Shown here piece by piece: positions 46,101 to 56,201 of a stretch of DNA of 64,000 bases. Below the pieces are notes generated by a model. It was not told where the DNA came from, did not search any database, and saw only the letters and a program-made list of their open reading frames with translations. The stretch's first letter is position 1. Every line of letters begins with the position of its first letter. The DNA comes from Candidatus Aenigmatarchaeota archaeon (GTDB taxonomy: Archaea; Aenigmatarchaeota; Aenigmatarchaeia; Aenigmatarchaeales; Aenigmatarchaeaceae). The stretch lies in the NCBI GenBank assembly GCA_043802485.1, contig JAZDKZ010000005.1:15485-79484 (forward strand). The letters run 5' to 3'. The translations under genes were made by a program, and so were the position numbers.

Positions 46101-47420
46101 GGTGTTGCTTACGTTTTCCAGCCAGCTACCTGTGAAGTTCCCGTAAAGGGTGCAGTTGTCCATTGTAACAGAAGAGTTCCATACAGGATTGTAAGTAAAG
46201 TTGATTGTCTTTACACTTGACCAGTTATTGTCCCCGGGTGAGACAAGCGACACATTTATGGCGTCCGTGGCCGTGTAACTGGAGAAACTTGAAACCGTGA
46301 ATGTGAGGTTCTCGCCGTCCCAGACAACATCCGAGCATATGCTTGGCAGGCATGATTGTGGATTGGAACCGTCATATCCTGTTCTGATTATCTGGGGCTT
46401 TCCGCTAATACCCAGCTGACCGGAAATATTGTATATGGTCAGCCTTGCTGATAGATTCAAATTCGGCCTGTCAGGCTGGCCGCAGCTGTCTCCGCAGAAT
46501 TCCGTGTCGTTAATCCCTACCCTTCCCGCGCCCATGACGCTCTTCATGGCGAATTCCATTATGGCCTGGGATTGCTGCTGTGAATCAAAGCTGATGTTTG
46601 TCTGGAAAACTATTTTAGCCTTTCCAGGAACATCTATTGTAAAGTTTTGGATTGCTGAAAAGTTGCCGCTTTCCGCTATATCCGTAAAGTTTGTCGTCGC
46701 CCCACCAAAGCTGGGCGCGCACACCATCCAATGCGTGCCATTCCATGTTCCAGGGCCGTATGTGTCCGTATATGAACATAGAGAAACATTCTGCGTGCAA
46801 CCAACCGCCTGCACAGGGCTGAGCACTGGAGACGAATTCGACTCGTTCCATCCAGGAACCTCTGGGAAGGACGCTCCTGGCTGGCCCTCGGGCGGGCAGC
46901 CGAAGGTTGACATGTTGACCAGCAATGCAACTGCAAAGAAACCGGGCAGGTCAAACGTTTCGTTCAGTCCGGAAGTATCGTTAATGACTGTTGCGTTCAT
47001 CGTTATGTTCTTGGGCTGAATCTGCTGTACTGACAACGTTGTGAAATTTACAGTATCATTAAACTCGAAAATAGCCCAGCTTGCGTCTGTCCCGTTTTGT
47101 TTGAATACACCAGGCATAAGTTCGTTTCCTCCTATCTGAGAAAAATTGGCATCGACCAGCATGCTTGAATTGCAAACATGTGGTGAAGAACAACTGATGT
47201 TGGCAATGATATAGACGTCGTTCCCGTCCGCAAAGAACATGTCCCCTCTTGACAAATTAACCCATGTTGGGCAAGGATTTCCACCGCAAAAGTCATAGCC
47301 CTGCAGTCCCCCCGGATTGACATCAGCAAATGCTGGCAGGACAATTACGAGGCATATTATAATTGACAGAATTAGTACCGAAAATAAGCTCAAACTCCCC
47401 AAAAGGCCTCTTTTGTTCAA
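43158..47420 (-). CDS. large PGF-pre-PGF domain surface glycoprotein with Ig-like repeats
   Basis: TTG start (MNKRGLLG) homologous to the 43095 start; about 85-aa NVTYTYPE..NAT repeats; SPGFSTFVI; Cys module; TM. Confidence 0.85.
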   Translation of the reverse strand: MNKRGLLGSLSLFSVLILSIIICLVIVLPAFADVNPGGLQGYDFCGGNPCPTWVNLSRGDMFFADGNDVYIIANISCSSPHVCNSSMLVDANFSQIGGNELMPGVFKQNGTDASWAIFEFNDTVNFTTLSVQQIQPKNITMNATVINDTSGLNETFDLPGFFAVALLVNMSTFGCPPEGQPGASFPEVPGWNESNSSPVLSPVQAVGCTQNVSLCSYTDTYGPGTWNGTHWMVCAPSFGGATTNFTDIAESGNFSAIQNFTIDVPGKAKIVFQTNISFDSQQQSQAIMEFAMKSVMGAGRVGINDTEFCGDSCGQPDRPNLNLSARLTIYNISGQLGISGKPQIIRTGYDGSNPQSCLPSICSDVVWDGENLTFTVSSFSSYTATDAINVSLVSPGDNNWSSVKTINFTYNPVWNSSVTMDNCTLYGNFTGSWLENVSNTTPLVNGSANFITNTVPTDEAYIWNVECYDNTGLGDAGTANYTVKVDSTAPGWYNNVTTPQSSYSASSPSLFNVTWNDTNSDISNVLITIRNSTAVLISNASMTNDTFNGSIYNYSLVLPAGTFNWTSYANDSAGNWDDTDTWSFTIGQADNQINLYLNNSTEYANQNIVVVYGTQTNATGVCSAGTCNIYRNDSDVSSENDTQITLGTGSWEYTVNTTGNQNYSANSTTYYVIVNQAPVILQLSNNLSWSGTYPEGSNTTGTGCPAQITCNLYRNSTAVSNPGLALLGVGAYNYTYNTSGNANYSSNTTANILAMAQGTPDVQIFIGGDGANSTITYSTSANISGNSTTTVTPPDFSLYVVNVSESSPAIALSNTSNNPASLELVLGNGTYQVIYNTSGNANWSTASNSSIHMFVNKASNPVSLILNDSADQNVTYTYPEAVNATVTTNIGTVYLYRNDSLVANGTSPQSELVLLGNDTHPYKVNATGNANYSDNSTGVTFYALVNKGVNLVNLYLNGSTNQNVTYTYPESINSTGTSSGGTVFLYRNGTHVANGTSPQAENIRLGNDTFPYKVNVTGDANWSDNATGVTFYALVNKGVLSLLINFSPSSTVTFGNQTTANATESNVGDDGVVYELRRDGALADNTTPYSEVATLAVGTYNYTFNATGGNNWTANTTGISSILTVQTAPAASFVPTGGGGPVPVVIDVDRKKGNANVSIGSISAGGTTNVSIAKIEDMAVRKISISVRNSANDIQIRITKIAGAPASVSHEIEGKVYHYINIEKENIQDADINRTVIRFAVNKTWMEENGINYSDISLYRWESDRWNELPTTYVSNDSFEHFYEAVSPGFSTFVIGTSGGSVEPELTVVCAEAWSCTDWSECANDLQTRTCTDTNACGTTDSKPVENQPCEIIAAVVTDFPIFEVTIVAVLIVLLLIFVLLEVTGHINLGILKELFKRNKTKKTSLYENMYDIEEELEEQ

Positions 47421-47424
47421 AAAC

Positions 47425-47459
47425 ACCACTAACACTTATTTAGAAAACCGGCTTATAAA
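47425..47459 (-). repeat. 35-bp duplicated promoter/leader, copy 2
   Basis: Identical to 43099-43133. Confidence 0.9.
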
Positions 47460-47506
47460 GATTGCTAACAAAAAACCTTTATCTTCTGCATGTCTTATTT
47501 AATTTA

Positions 47507-48667
47507 ATGAAAAAGTTTATTTTGTCTGCTTTGAAGACAGATATAGCAAAAAGCAGCGGCCTGATATTCATAGCGTCCTTGGCGGCGAACCTGATAGTTT
47601 TTCTGGTCGACATCTTCATATCAAACGTGCTCAGCCCGGAGGGGTTCGGCGTCTTTAGGACACTCTTCTATCTTTTCGCCTTCCTGCCGCTCATTATGGA
47701 CCTTGGCGTCAACATCACTTTGACAAAATACATCTCCCAGTTCAAGAAAAGGAGCAGCGAGAAGATAGGCTACCTGATAAGCTACTTTTTGAAGATAAAG
47801 CTGGTCTCGTATGCGGTGCTCGTGGTTTCTGTCATCGTGCTGAAGGACCAAATAGCGCTTCTGTTCCTAAATGACGTGAGCCTCAGCTATCTCATATTCC
47901 CAGGCGCCATCCTTTCAGCCCTATTCTTCTTTAACAGCTTCCAGAACATCGTCATGGGATTCCAAAAGTTCAAGATTTTCGCCCTTTCGCAGTTCCTTGT
48001 GTCAGTAAGCTCCGCGATGCTGGGCTATATGTTAAGCTTCTTTGGCATTTTTTACTTGATCCTTGGTTGGGGCATAGGCTATTTTGTGGGCAATGTTTTT
48101 GCTTTGCGCTTCTTCTTCAAGCTAAAGTTAAGCCCAACAAAAAGGTTCGACGCAAGGAAAATATTCAAAACATTCAGCCTGCCGCTACACGCGGTGTACA
48201 TAATAAACAGCGTATACTATGTCATCGTTCCCATACTAAGCATCTTCTTCTCGCAGGAGGCCATAGGCTACTTCTCCTTCGCCTTCCTCTTCTATTTCGC
48301 TACAATGCTTATACCTAACGCCATATCATTTGTGGTGATGCCCAAAGTGTCGGAAATGCAGGGAATGGACAAGATTGGAGATGCCAAAAGGCTTCTGAGG
48401 AAAGTTTTCATGCTTTACACGCCCATAGTTGTTGCAGGCATTTTGTTCGTTCTTTTAGCTTCAGACATGCTTTTCAACGTTTTTTTCCAGAGCTATCTGC
48501 CCAGTCTGTCTTTCTTCAAGATAGTTGTCATAATGGGCCTGCTTTTCGGATATAATGTAATATACACCTACTATCTGCAGGGCGTTGGTAGGATAAAGCG
48601 GTTCGCCTTTTTCGCAATATTGCAGAACTTGATAATACTGGCAGTAAGCTTTGGCATGCTGTCATGA
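47507..48667 (+). CDS. oligosaccharide flippase (Wzx/AglR-like, MOP superfamily)
   Basis: Polytopic; LSPE.FG, DLG....LTKYIS, IGYF..A, P.VSE; directly upstream of aglB. Confidence 0.85.
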   Translation: MKKFILSALKTDIAKSSGLIFIASLAANLIVFLVDIFISNVLSPEGFGVFRTLFYLFAFLPLIMDLGVNITLTKYISQFKKRSSEKIGYLISYFLKIKLVSYAVLVVSVIVLKDQIALLFLNDVSLSYLIFPGAILSALFFFNSFQNIVMGFQKFKIFALSQFLVSVSSAMLGYMLSFFGIFYLILGWGIGYFVGNVFALRFFFKLKLSPTKRFDARKIFKTFSLPLHAVYIINSVYYVIVPILSIFFSQEAIGYFSFAFLFYFATMLIPNAISFVVMPKVSEMQGMDKIGDAKRLLRKVFMLYTPIVVAGILFVLLASDMLFNVFFQSYLPSLSFFKIVVIMGLLFGYNVIYTYYLQGVGRIKRFAFFAILQNLIILAVSFGMLS

Positions 48668-48717
48668 AGCCGAATAAAACTTTTTATAGTTCTATTTCTA
48701 ATTCTTGTTAGTTAATC

Positions 48718-50796
48718 ATGGATGTAATAAATGTTCTAAAGGGCAAATGGTGGGTGTTTGTACTATTGGCTATTCTATTCTTCTCTTATCATATAAGGGC
48801 TATCAACATAGTAGAGGATAGAGTGCTTTCGTTCGACCCGATTTTCCAGTACAGATACACAAAGTATTTTGCTGACTGGGGCCACATGCCTGCTTGGGAC
48901 GAATTGACTTATTACACAGGAAGGCTGATAGAAATCAACACAAGCCCGACTCTGATGTTCTACATGACTTCTGTCATATACTGGATTCTGGCGCCAATGG
49001 GGATGAGCCTGTTAACCGTATGCGCTTACATGTCAGCCGTATATGGAGCCATGATAATTATCCCAGCGTTCCTATTGGGGAGAGAGCTCTCCAACAAGTA
49101 CGGCGGACTGCTTACAGCGCTTCTGGTCGGAACAGCGCCACAGATTCTTACAAGAACCTTCGGAAGCTCCTACGACACTGACCAGGTTGTGCTGTTCTTC
49201 CTAGTCCTCACACTTTATCTTGGCTATTATGCACTGAAGAAAAAGAGCATCTTCAGCTACTGCATGGCGCTCATAGGCTTTGCAGGCTTCCTGATGACGT
49301 GGGGTTATTCGTTCTACTCTTTTGCCATACTTGCGATTTTCGCGATAATATACTTTTTAATGAAAACGCTGCTAGGTGACAAGGGCTTCAGGAAAGCAGA
49401 TTTAACAAAAAACCTCAAGGGCGCCCTAGAAGAGCTAAAACAGAACATATTGATGCTTGTAGCGCTTCTTTCAGGATTGGCTGTGTTCGCAGCCATAAAC
49501 TATGAAAACATAATATTCCACATAACAAACGTTATTGGCTTCGCCTTTAGTGCGGAGGCATGGATAGTCAACATATCAATAGCCGAACTGCAGCCTTTCA
49601 ACATATTCAGCTTGGAGGGTTGGATAACTGCCACAGGCAGATTTGTTATGGGCAACAGCTTCATCGACATAACAATACTCCTTATATTCGCTCTGTTCAT
49701 AATAGCCGGCTTTGCGCTAAAGTACAGAAAAATTGACACGATAAGTCTGTCTTTCATGCTGACGCTGTTCTTGATAGGGATATACACGACTTTTAAGGGA
49801 ATAAGGTTCACGGAATTGACATCGACTTTCTTCATAACACTAATAGGGGTCGGTTTCGGCTCTTTGGTAGAGATGGTTGATAAAAAGGACGCAATATACA
49901 AAGCAACTATCTTCGGCATTGCACTGTTTTTGGCTTTCAACGTTCTGCAGATAGGCAATGATCTCGGGACCCAGCTCGGACCGGACATAAACGCCAACTG
50001 GGACAGCGCATGGGAATTCCTAAAGACTGACACACCAGAGCTTTCCATAGTGGGGACTTGGTGGGATCCGGGCCACATGATAAACAGCCTTGCTGAGAGA
50101 AGAAATTACGCGGACGGAGCTCACTGCCACAACCAGTGCCTTTACACCATAAACGACAGGATAACTGACTTGGGCAAGATAATGGCAACAACGGACGAGA
50201 ACAAGTCATTTGAGCTGGTGAGAAAGTACCAGGGCAGCTCTCCAGCATCTTACTGGATAGCGTCTGACGACCTGATAGGAAAGTTCAGATGGCTGCAATA
50301 TTTCGGTATGGGCTGTGACGGGGTAACTGACCCTTCCTGTCCGCTATACATACAGCTGGGCCAGACGTCCCAGTCAGTTGACGAGAACAATAATGTTATG
50401 TTTGTGAACTATGACATGAGCCAAACCTCAAAGGTGGCAATATATAACGCACAGCTGCCCATACCCATCTTTGTCGAGGGCATAAACATAGCGCTTTTCG
50501 ACGAGTTCATATTCTATAATGGAACAACACCTGTTCCTGTAAAGTTCTCCCAAGAGGAGTTGGAGGATGTCATCATCGCGCTAAAGCCTTTGGAAAGCCA
50601 GCTGAACGCGAGGTTCACCAACCAGACAATACCTATGACTATTTGGCTGCCGAGGCATTACCAGTACATTGTCATAATACCGCCCAACCTCAGGAATGTG
50701 GTATTCACCAAGATGTTCATGCTTGAGGGTCAGGGCTTGGATCATTTCAAGCAGGTTTTCAGAAACGAGCAGGTAAAGATATATGAGGTTATTTAA
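48718..50796 (+). CDS. aglB: oligosaccharyltransferase AglB/STT3
   Basis: FDP..., RT....YDTD, SIAELQP, GIRF, WWDPGH motif, DDLIGK. Confidence 0.93.
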   Translation: MDVINVLKGKWWVFVLLAILFFSYHIRAINIVEDRVLSFDPIFQYRYTKYFADWGHMPAWDELTYYTGRLIEINTSPTLMFYMTSVIYWILAPMGMSLLTVCAYMSAVYGAMIIIPAFLLGRELSNKYGGLLTALLVGTAPQILTRTFGSSYDTDQVVLFFLVLTLYLGYYALKKKSIFSYCMALIGFAGFLMTWGYSFYSFAILAIFAIIYFLMKTLLGDKGFRKADLTKNLKGALEELKQNILMLVALLSGLAVFAAINYENIIFHITNVIGFAFSAEAWIVNISIAELQPFNIFSLEGWITATGRFVMGNSFIDITILLIFALFIIAGFALKYRKIDTISLSFMLTLFLIGIYTTFKGIRFTELTSTFFITLIGVGFGSLVEMVDKKDAIYKATIFGIALFLAFNVLQIGNDLGTQLGPDINANWDSAWEFLKTDTPELSIVGTWWDPGHMINSLAERRNYADGAHCHNQCLYTINDRITDLGKIMATTDENKSFELVRKYQGSSPASYWIASDDLIGKFRWLQYFGMGCDGVTDPSCPLYIQLGQTSQSVDENNNVMFVNYDMSQTSKVAIYNAQLPIPIFVEGINIALFDEFIFYNGTTPVPVKFSQEELEDVIIALKPLESQLNARFTNQTIPMTIWLPRHYQYIVIIPPNLRNVVFTKMFMLEGQGLDHFKQVFRNEQVKIYEVI

Positions 50797-50866
50797 TATA
50801 TGATTTTGGTTTCAAGTCTTTAAGGTGATTATGAAATTTTAACAGTTGGTTTAGGGGCAAATTATC

Positions 50867-51823
50867 ATGAAAATATCAGTAGTTGTGTCAACTTACAATT
50901 CAGAGAACTTACTGCCAAGATTGTTAAAGTCTTTGGTTGCCCAGGATTATAGGAATAAGGAAATAATCGTTGTGGACGACGGCTCGACGGACAGAACTGT
51001 CGAGGCTGCAAAAAAGTTCAAAAATGTCAAGGTTTTCTCACGCAAGCACATGGGTCCTGCGGCTCAGCGAACCTTTGGAGCAAAGGCCGCAAAGGGGGAC
51101 ATTGTCTTCTTTACTGACAGCGATTGCGTCGCCCCGAAAGGATTGTTGAAAGGAATTGCTATGAACTTTCAAAAGCACGACATCGCCGGCTGCGGCGGTA
51201 CCTACAAGACGCTAAACAAAAAAAGCTCTGTGGCAAGGTTTGTTGGGTATGAGATAGGGTGGAGGCACTCGAAACAAGTTGGATATACTGACTTTCTGGG
51301 GACCTACTGCTGCGCGTACAAGCGTGATATATTCCTAAAGTTCGGAGGGTTTAACCCGACATTCAAGACCGCCTCTGGAGAGGATCCTGAGCTCTCCTTC
51401 AAGATTTTTAGCGGAGGGCACAAGCTTCTCTTTGACAAAACGCTCTTTGTTTGGCATTCTCATCCAAACAGCTTGAAAAAATACCTAAAACAACAGTTCT
51501 ACAGGGCTTATTGGAGGGTCAGCCTTTACAACAAGCACCCAAAGAAGATGGGTGGCGACGTCTATACAGGAAGAGAAATTCCCTATTCGCCTATAATGAT
51601 GGCTGCGTTCATATTCAGTCTATTTTCAAGCGCTGTAATGCCGGTATCTGCATACTTGTCTGTTATCAGCATTGCGGCTTTCTTTGCAATATATTTAGGA
51701 TTCTTCAATTTCGTCTATAAAAGGGAGCGACGCATGTTGCCGATTTCAATAGCAATAATATTTTTGAGGACAATATCATGGCTGTTCGGATTCGCGTATG
51801 GTTTGAAACTGCTAAAAAAATGA
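50867..51823 (+). CDS. glycosyltransferase family 2
   Basis: ISVVV.TYN, VDDGSTD, FTDSDC, GED.EL, C-terminal TMs. Confidence 0.92.
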   Translation: MKISVVVSTYNSENLLPRLLKSLVAQDYRNKEIIVVDDGSTDRTVEAAKKFKNVKVFSRKHMGPAAQRTFGAKAAKGDIVFFTDSDCVAPKGLLKGIAMNFQKHDIAGCGGTYKTLNKKSSVARFVGYEIGWRHSKQVGYTDFLGTYCCAYKRDIFLKFGGFNPTFKTASGEDPELSFKIFSGGHKLLFDKTLFVWHSHPNSLKKYLKQQFYRAYWRVSLYNKHPKKMGGDVYTGREIPYSPIMMAAFIFSLFSSAVMPVSAYLSVISIAAFFAIYLGFFNFVYKRERRMLPISIAIIFLRTISWLFGFAYGLKLLKK

Positions 51824-51827
51824 TTTT

Positions 51828-53258
51828 ATGTCAAAAGTATCTGTGATAATACCAAGCTATGGGGAGAACTTTTCAAAGTCCGCCAGATGGTACACCAAAG
51901 CCAGGTCCAGATGCTTCAGGCATCCGGAATACCTTCTGACCGCTGTTGCCGTTCTGGAGAAGGTCGGGCATGATGTCCAGTTCATTGACGCGACAATAAA
52001 GAATTTGTCAAAGAAAATGTTGGTAGGAAAGGTCCTGAAATTCAATTCTGACATGGTCGTGGTTTACTGCACAACGCCGTCCATATACAGCGACATAGAG
52101 CACGGCTCGATGATAAAGAAAGGGAACAGGAAAATAAGAACCGTCCTGATAGGCTCTCATGTTTCTGCTTTGCCTAGAGAGACTATGGCGATTGACAAAA
52201 GCATTGACGTGGTTGCTTACAGCGAGTATGACTACACGTTAAGGGACTTGGCAAGCAAGAAGCCGTTGAAAAAAATACTTGGGATAGCCTACAGAAAGGG
52301 CGGTAGGATAATTAAGAACCGGCCCAGGCCAACAATAAAAAGCCTGGACGAGATGCCGTTCCCCGCATGGCGCCACATAAACATAGAAGACTATCCTGAC
52401 CCTGGAAAGCTATACCCGTTCATAACCCTGCTAACAGGAAGGGGATGCCCCAACAACTGCACGTTCTGCGTTAACACGCCTGTAATGTTCAAGAGGAAGT
52501 TCAGGTCAAGGTCTGCAAAGAGTATAGTCGACGAGATTGAATACGACTTGAAGCTTTTTCCGAACATCAAGGAGTTCATGTTCGAAACCGATACCTTCAC
52601 CGCTAATCCAGAGCATGTTAAAGAATTCTGCAAGGAGCTGGATAGAAGGAAGCTGAAGATAAAATGGAGCTGCAACGTCAGGGTGGATGTTGATCTCTCG
52701 CTGCTTCCGGTAATGAAAAGGCACGGCTGCAGGATGCTTATGGTGGGCTACGAATCAGGGAACCAAAGATGCCTGGACAGTGTCTGCAAGAGAGTGTCAT
52801 TAAGACAGAGCAAAAGGTTCACAGAAACCGCCCATCGGTTAGGTTTCATAATTCATGGCTGTTTCATGTTCGGCTTTCCTGGCGAGACTCCTGAAGAGGC
52901 GCAAAGAACGATAGACTTTACAAAAAGCCTGCCATTAGACACGATTCAGGTTAGCGGCATAGCGGCCTATCCAGGCACTGCCATTTATGAATGGGCAAAG
53001 CGAAACAAATATCTTGTTCCGAAAGATTGGACTGAATGGGTCTCGCCTGAAAAGGAGCAGGTAACTGTGCTCAGTTATCCTCAGTTTACAAAGGAGCAGA
53101 TAGATTACTATATAGACAAGGCCCTGAAGGAGTTTTATCTGAGACCAAACCAAATGTTAAGAATGGTCATCAATATCAGAAATGTCTCAGATATAAAGAG
53201 GAAGTTATTTGGATTCAAGGCATTTCTCGATTATTTTAGGGGTGTACACAATGACTGA
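51828..53258 (+). CDS. B12-binding domain radical SAM protein (HpnJ-like)
   Basis: N-terminal B12-binding-like domain, RGCPNNCTFC, DTFT, GYESG, FMFG.PGET. Confidence 0.88.
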   Translation: MSKVSVIIPSYGENFSKSARWYTKARSRCFRHPEYLLTAVAVLEKVGHDVQFIDATIKNLSKKMLVGKVLKFNSDMVVVYCTTPSIYSDIEHGSMIKKGNRKIRTVLIGSHVSALPRETMAIDKSIDVVAYSEYDYTLRDLASKKPLKKILGIAYRKGGRIIKNRPRPTIKSLDEMPFPAWRHINIEDYPDPGKLYPFITLLTGRGCPNNCTFCVNTPVMFKRKFRSRSAKSIVDEIEYDLKLFPNIKEFMFETDTFTANPEHVKEFCKELDRRKLKIKWSCNVRVDVDLSLLPVMKRHGCRMLMVGYESGNQRCLDSVCKRVSLRQSKRFTETAHRLGFIIHGCFMFGFPGETPEEAQRTIDFTKSLPLDTIQVSGIAAYPGTAIYEWAKRNKYLVPKDWTEWVSPEKEQVTVLSYPQFTKEQIDYYIDKALKEFYLRPNQMLRMVINIRNVSDIKRKLFGFKAFLDYFRGVHND

Positions 53259-54672
53259 TATCATTTTAATAAACCCAAGTTATACAAGGCTCCATCAGGG
53301 ATGGATAGAGGAGATAGCCAAAGGGTCTGAGCCGTTTTTGGGTATAGCGTATATAGCTGCAATGCTAGAGAAGAATGGGTTTGATGTAAAGATACTTGAC
53401 GCTCTTGCAGAAGGCAGCACTGCCAACGATATCAAGAAATTCATCAAGAGAGAGAATCCGAAAATAGTGGGGATAACAGTTACAACGCCCATGATACCTT
53501 ACGCGTCAGACATTGCAAAGATGACAAAGAAGATAAATAAAAACATCAAGGTGTTGGTAGGCGGAGCGCACCCTTCAGCAGTACCGAAAGAGACGCTGAA
53601 AAACTATAAGCATATCGACTATTGTATCATCGGTGAGGGAGAAATGACTTCAGTTGAATTGTGCGAAGCTATATTGCGCAGTTATCCTATAAAAAAATTC
53701 TACAATATAAAGGGGATAGCTTTCAGGGACAAAAGAAAAGTAAAGATAACAGAGCCGAGGCCGTTGATATCCAATTTGGACGACATACCGTTCCCTTCAA
53801 GGGACCTGCTGCCTATGAAAAAATATTCTTTCTCCCCGATAAAATACAGGATTTCCCCAGGAACAAACATGATAACATCAAGAGGATGCCCGTACAACTG
53901 CCTGTTCTGCACAAAGCATGTTTTCGGCCAAAGGTTCAGGCAAAGATCTGTTAAAAACATTATAGACGAGATAAAATTGCTGCAGGAAAAGTATGACATC
54001 AAGGAGATTCATTTTTACGACGACACGTTCACCATAAGCGAGAAGCACGTCAATGAGTTCTGCAGGGCAATAAAGAAGGAGAAGATTGATATAAAGTTCT
54101 GGATAAACGGCAGGGTCAACACTGTCAACAAGAAGATGTTGGCTATGCTGAAGAAGGCAGGATGCTACAGGATTTATTACGGCTTCGAGTCGGCAACCCC
54201 GAGGATAATCAAAATACTCAACAAGCAGGATACGATTGAACAGTCAATGAACGCTTCAAAAATGACAAGGGAGGCCGGTATAGAGGTATATGGCTTCTTC
54301 ATACTAGGCAACCCAACTGAAACTGTGAAAGAGATGAATGCCACCATCGACTTTGCCAAAAAATATTGCGACTATGCTCACTTTACATCATTGACACCAT
54401 ACCCAGGAACAAGACTTTGGGCGGATGCCAAAAAATACGGCAAGCTGAAGATAAGGGGATGGGAGGACTTTGTGCAGATAGCGATGGAAAAGCCCCTGTT
54501 TGTACCATACACTCTAAAGCAGAAGGAGCTGACTGATGCTCTAAGCAGGGCTTACAAATCTTTTATATTTAGACCTTCGTTTGTATTTAACATCCTGAAG
54601 GAAATAGTTTATCAACCAAGCAAGATAATAAAATATTCCAAGGGTTTTTTCGCCCTTGTTTCAGGCAAGTGA
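53251..54672 (+). CDS. B12-binding domain radical SAM protein
   Basis: P.LGIAYIAA.L, GG.HPS, GEGE, SRGCPYNCLFC, DDTF, GFES, PYPGT; ATG 53251 overlaps the previous stop. Confidence 0.9.
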   Translation: MTDIILINPSYTRLHQGWIEEIAKGSEPFLGIAYIAAMLEKNGFDVKILDALAEGSTANDIKKFIKRENPKIVGITVTTPMIPYASDIAKMTKKINKNIKVLVGGAHPSAVPKETLKNYKHIDYCIIGEGEMTSVELCEAILRSYPIKKFYNIKGIAFRDKRKVKITEPRPLISNLDDIPFPSRDLLPMKKYSFSPIKYRISPGTNMITSRGCPYNCLFCTKHVFGQRFRQRSVKNIIDEIKLLQEKYDIKEIHFYDDTFTISEKHVNEFCRAIKKEKIDIKFWINGRVNTVNKKMLAMLKKAGCYRIYYGFESATPRIIKILNKQDTIEQSMNASKMTREAGIEVYGFFILGNPTETVKEMNATIDFAKKYCDYAHFTSLTPYPGTRLWADAKKYGKLKIRGWEDFVQIAMEKPLFVPYTLKQKELTDALSRAYKSFIFRPSFVFNILKEIVYQPSKIIKYSKGFFALVSGK

Positions 54673-54707
54673 TTGTATGAAAAAAATAAAAAAGGAGGTG
54701 AACGGCG

Positions 54708-56150
54708 ATGGTGGAATGTTTGTTAATAGAGCCTCCGATCTTCGGTAGCAAGTTCGGTGTCATGAGGCAGATAGCTAGCATTGGCCGCTTCAAGAGTCTT
54801 GTTAAATATCCTCCCCTAGACCTGATGATAATCGGAGGTCTTCTGAGAAAGAACGGCATAGACTTTAAGATTATCGACTCCATAAACATGAAGCACACCA
54901 AGCAGGACATCAAAAAAATAATAGAGAATGAAAAGCCAAAGTGTGTTGCTTTCACGACAACAGTCCCGACGTTGGATAATGACACCTCCATTGCCGACAT
55001 ATGCAAGTCAGTTGACAAGAACATCAAGACTATCCAGGTTAATATGGCAACAGAGTCCGCTTCATTCAACCTGCTTGAAAGGTACCCTAATCTCGATTTC
55101 GTTCCTTACAGGGATCCAGAGATGCCTATATTGAAACTAATCCAGAACGATTATGACGGCAGCAAGGTTCCAGGCATATACTGGAGGGACAGCGGTGAGA
55201 TAAGGAAGAACGAAGGTGGTATATGCGCAGACATAAACCAGTTCGGCACCCCTGCGCACGACATGGTGCCTCTGAAGATGTACGAGGACTACCTCTCCAA
55301 GAAGAAGCCCATGACAATGACAATCTGCTCAAGGGGCTGTAAGAACCAGTGCTACCACTGCATGACGCGCTACCTGAACCCGCTGAGGCACAGGACCATT
55401 GAGAGTATGGAGGAGGAGTTCAATTTCCTCAAAAGGTTGGGGATAAAGGAGATAAAGTTCCTGGATTGCGAATTGCCTTTCGGGGACACGGAAGAGATTT
55501 TAAATTGGGCAAGGGAATTGTTCAACATGATGATCAGGAACAAATACAACTTTTCCTGGTTCTGTAATGGCAGGGCAGACTGCCTGCCGATTGACATACT
55601 GAAGCTTATGAAAGAGGCTGGTTGTCATACTGTATGCCTTGGCGCAGACAGCAACACCCAGGAGGTTCTTGACAGCATGGGCAAGAATGAGAAGGTCGAG
55701 GACATAGAGGCGGCGGCTGACAACATCAAGAAGATTGGCATGAGACTCATGACCTTTGTTACCCTGGGCCATCCCAAAGAGAGCAAGGAATCGATAAAGA
55801 AGACGGCTGACTGGATAATACATAAGATAAATCCCGACATCACTTCATTCTCCTTGGCTGTTCCGATAAGAGGGACTGTGTTTTACAACTATCTCAAGAA
55901 AAACAACTTTATGAAAGATGTGCCAGAGGGCGAAGAATGGGACGCATCCAAGCCTCCGGTATACGACTATCCCAATCTTTCTTCCGAGGAGATGTATAGA
56001 CTGGCTATCCGGTCGTACAGAAAGTTCTACCTCAGACCCGCCTTTGTGTGGAAGAGGATGAAGAACTGGAGGAAGCTCTGGTTCGATTTCAAGTCATTCA
56101 TCTACTTTTTGGACATGTACTTCTTAGAGTCGCGAAGGACAAAGAGCTAA
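54708..56150 (+). CDS. B12-binding domain radical SAM protein (divergent)
   Basis: YPPLDL, SRGCKNQCYHC, GADS, LG.P.ES, P..GT; SD GGAGGTGA upstream. Confidence 0.85.
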   Translation: MVECLLIEPPIFGSKFGVMRQIASIGRFKSLVKYPPLDLMIIGGLLRKNGIDFKIIDSINMKHTKQDIKKIIENEKPKCVAFTTTVPTLDNDTSIADICKSVDKNIKTIQVNMATESASFNLLERYPNLDFVPYRDPEMPILKLIQNDYDGSKVPGIYWRDSGEIRKNEGGICADINQFGTPAHDMVPLKMYEDYLSKKKPMTMTICSRGCKNQCYHCMTRYLNPLRHRTIESMEEEFNFLKRLGIKEIKFLDCELPFGDTEEILNWARELFNMMIRNKYNFSWFCNGRADCLPIDILKLMKEAGCHTVCLGADSNTQEVLDSMGKNEKVEDIEAAADNIKKIGMRLMTFVTLGHPKESKESIKKTADWIIHKINPDITSFSLAVPIRGTVFYNYLKKNNFMKDVPEGEEWDASKPPVYDYPNLSSEEMYRLAIRSYRKFYLRPAFVWKRMKNWRKLWFDFKSFIYFLDMYFLESRRTKS

Positions 56151-56201
56151 TAGTTAGATTTTTAAGTCCCATATGATAATTTTTAACATTACGTTGATTT
56201 C

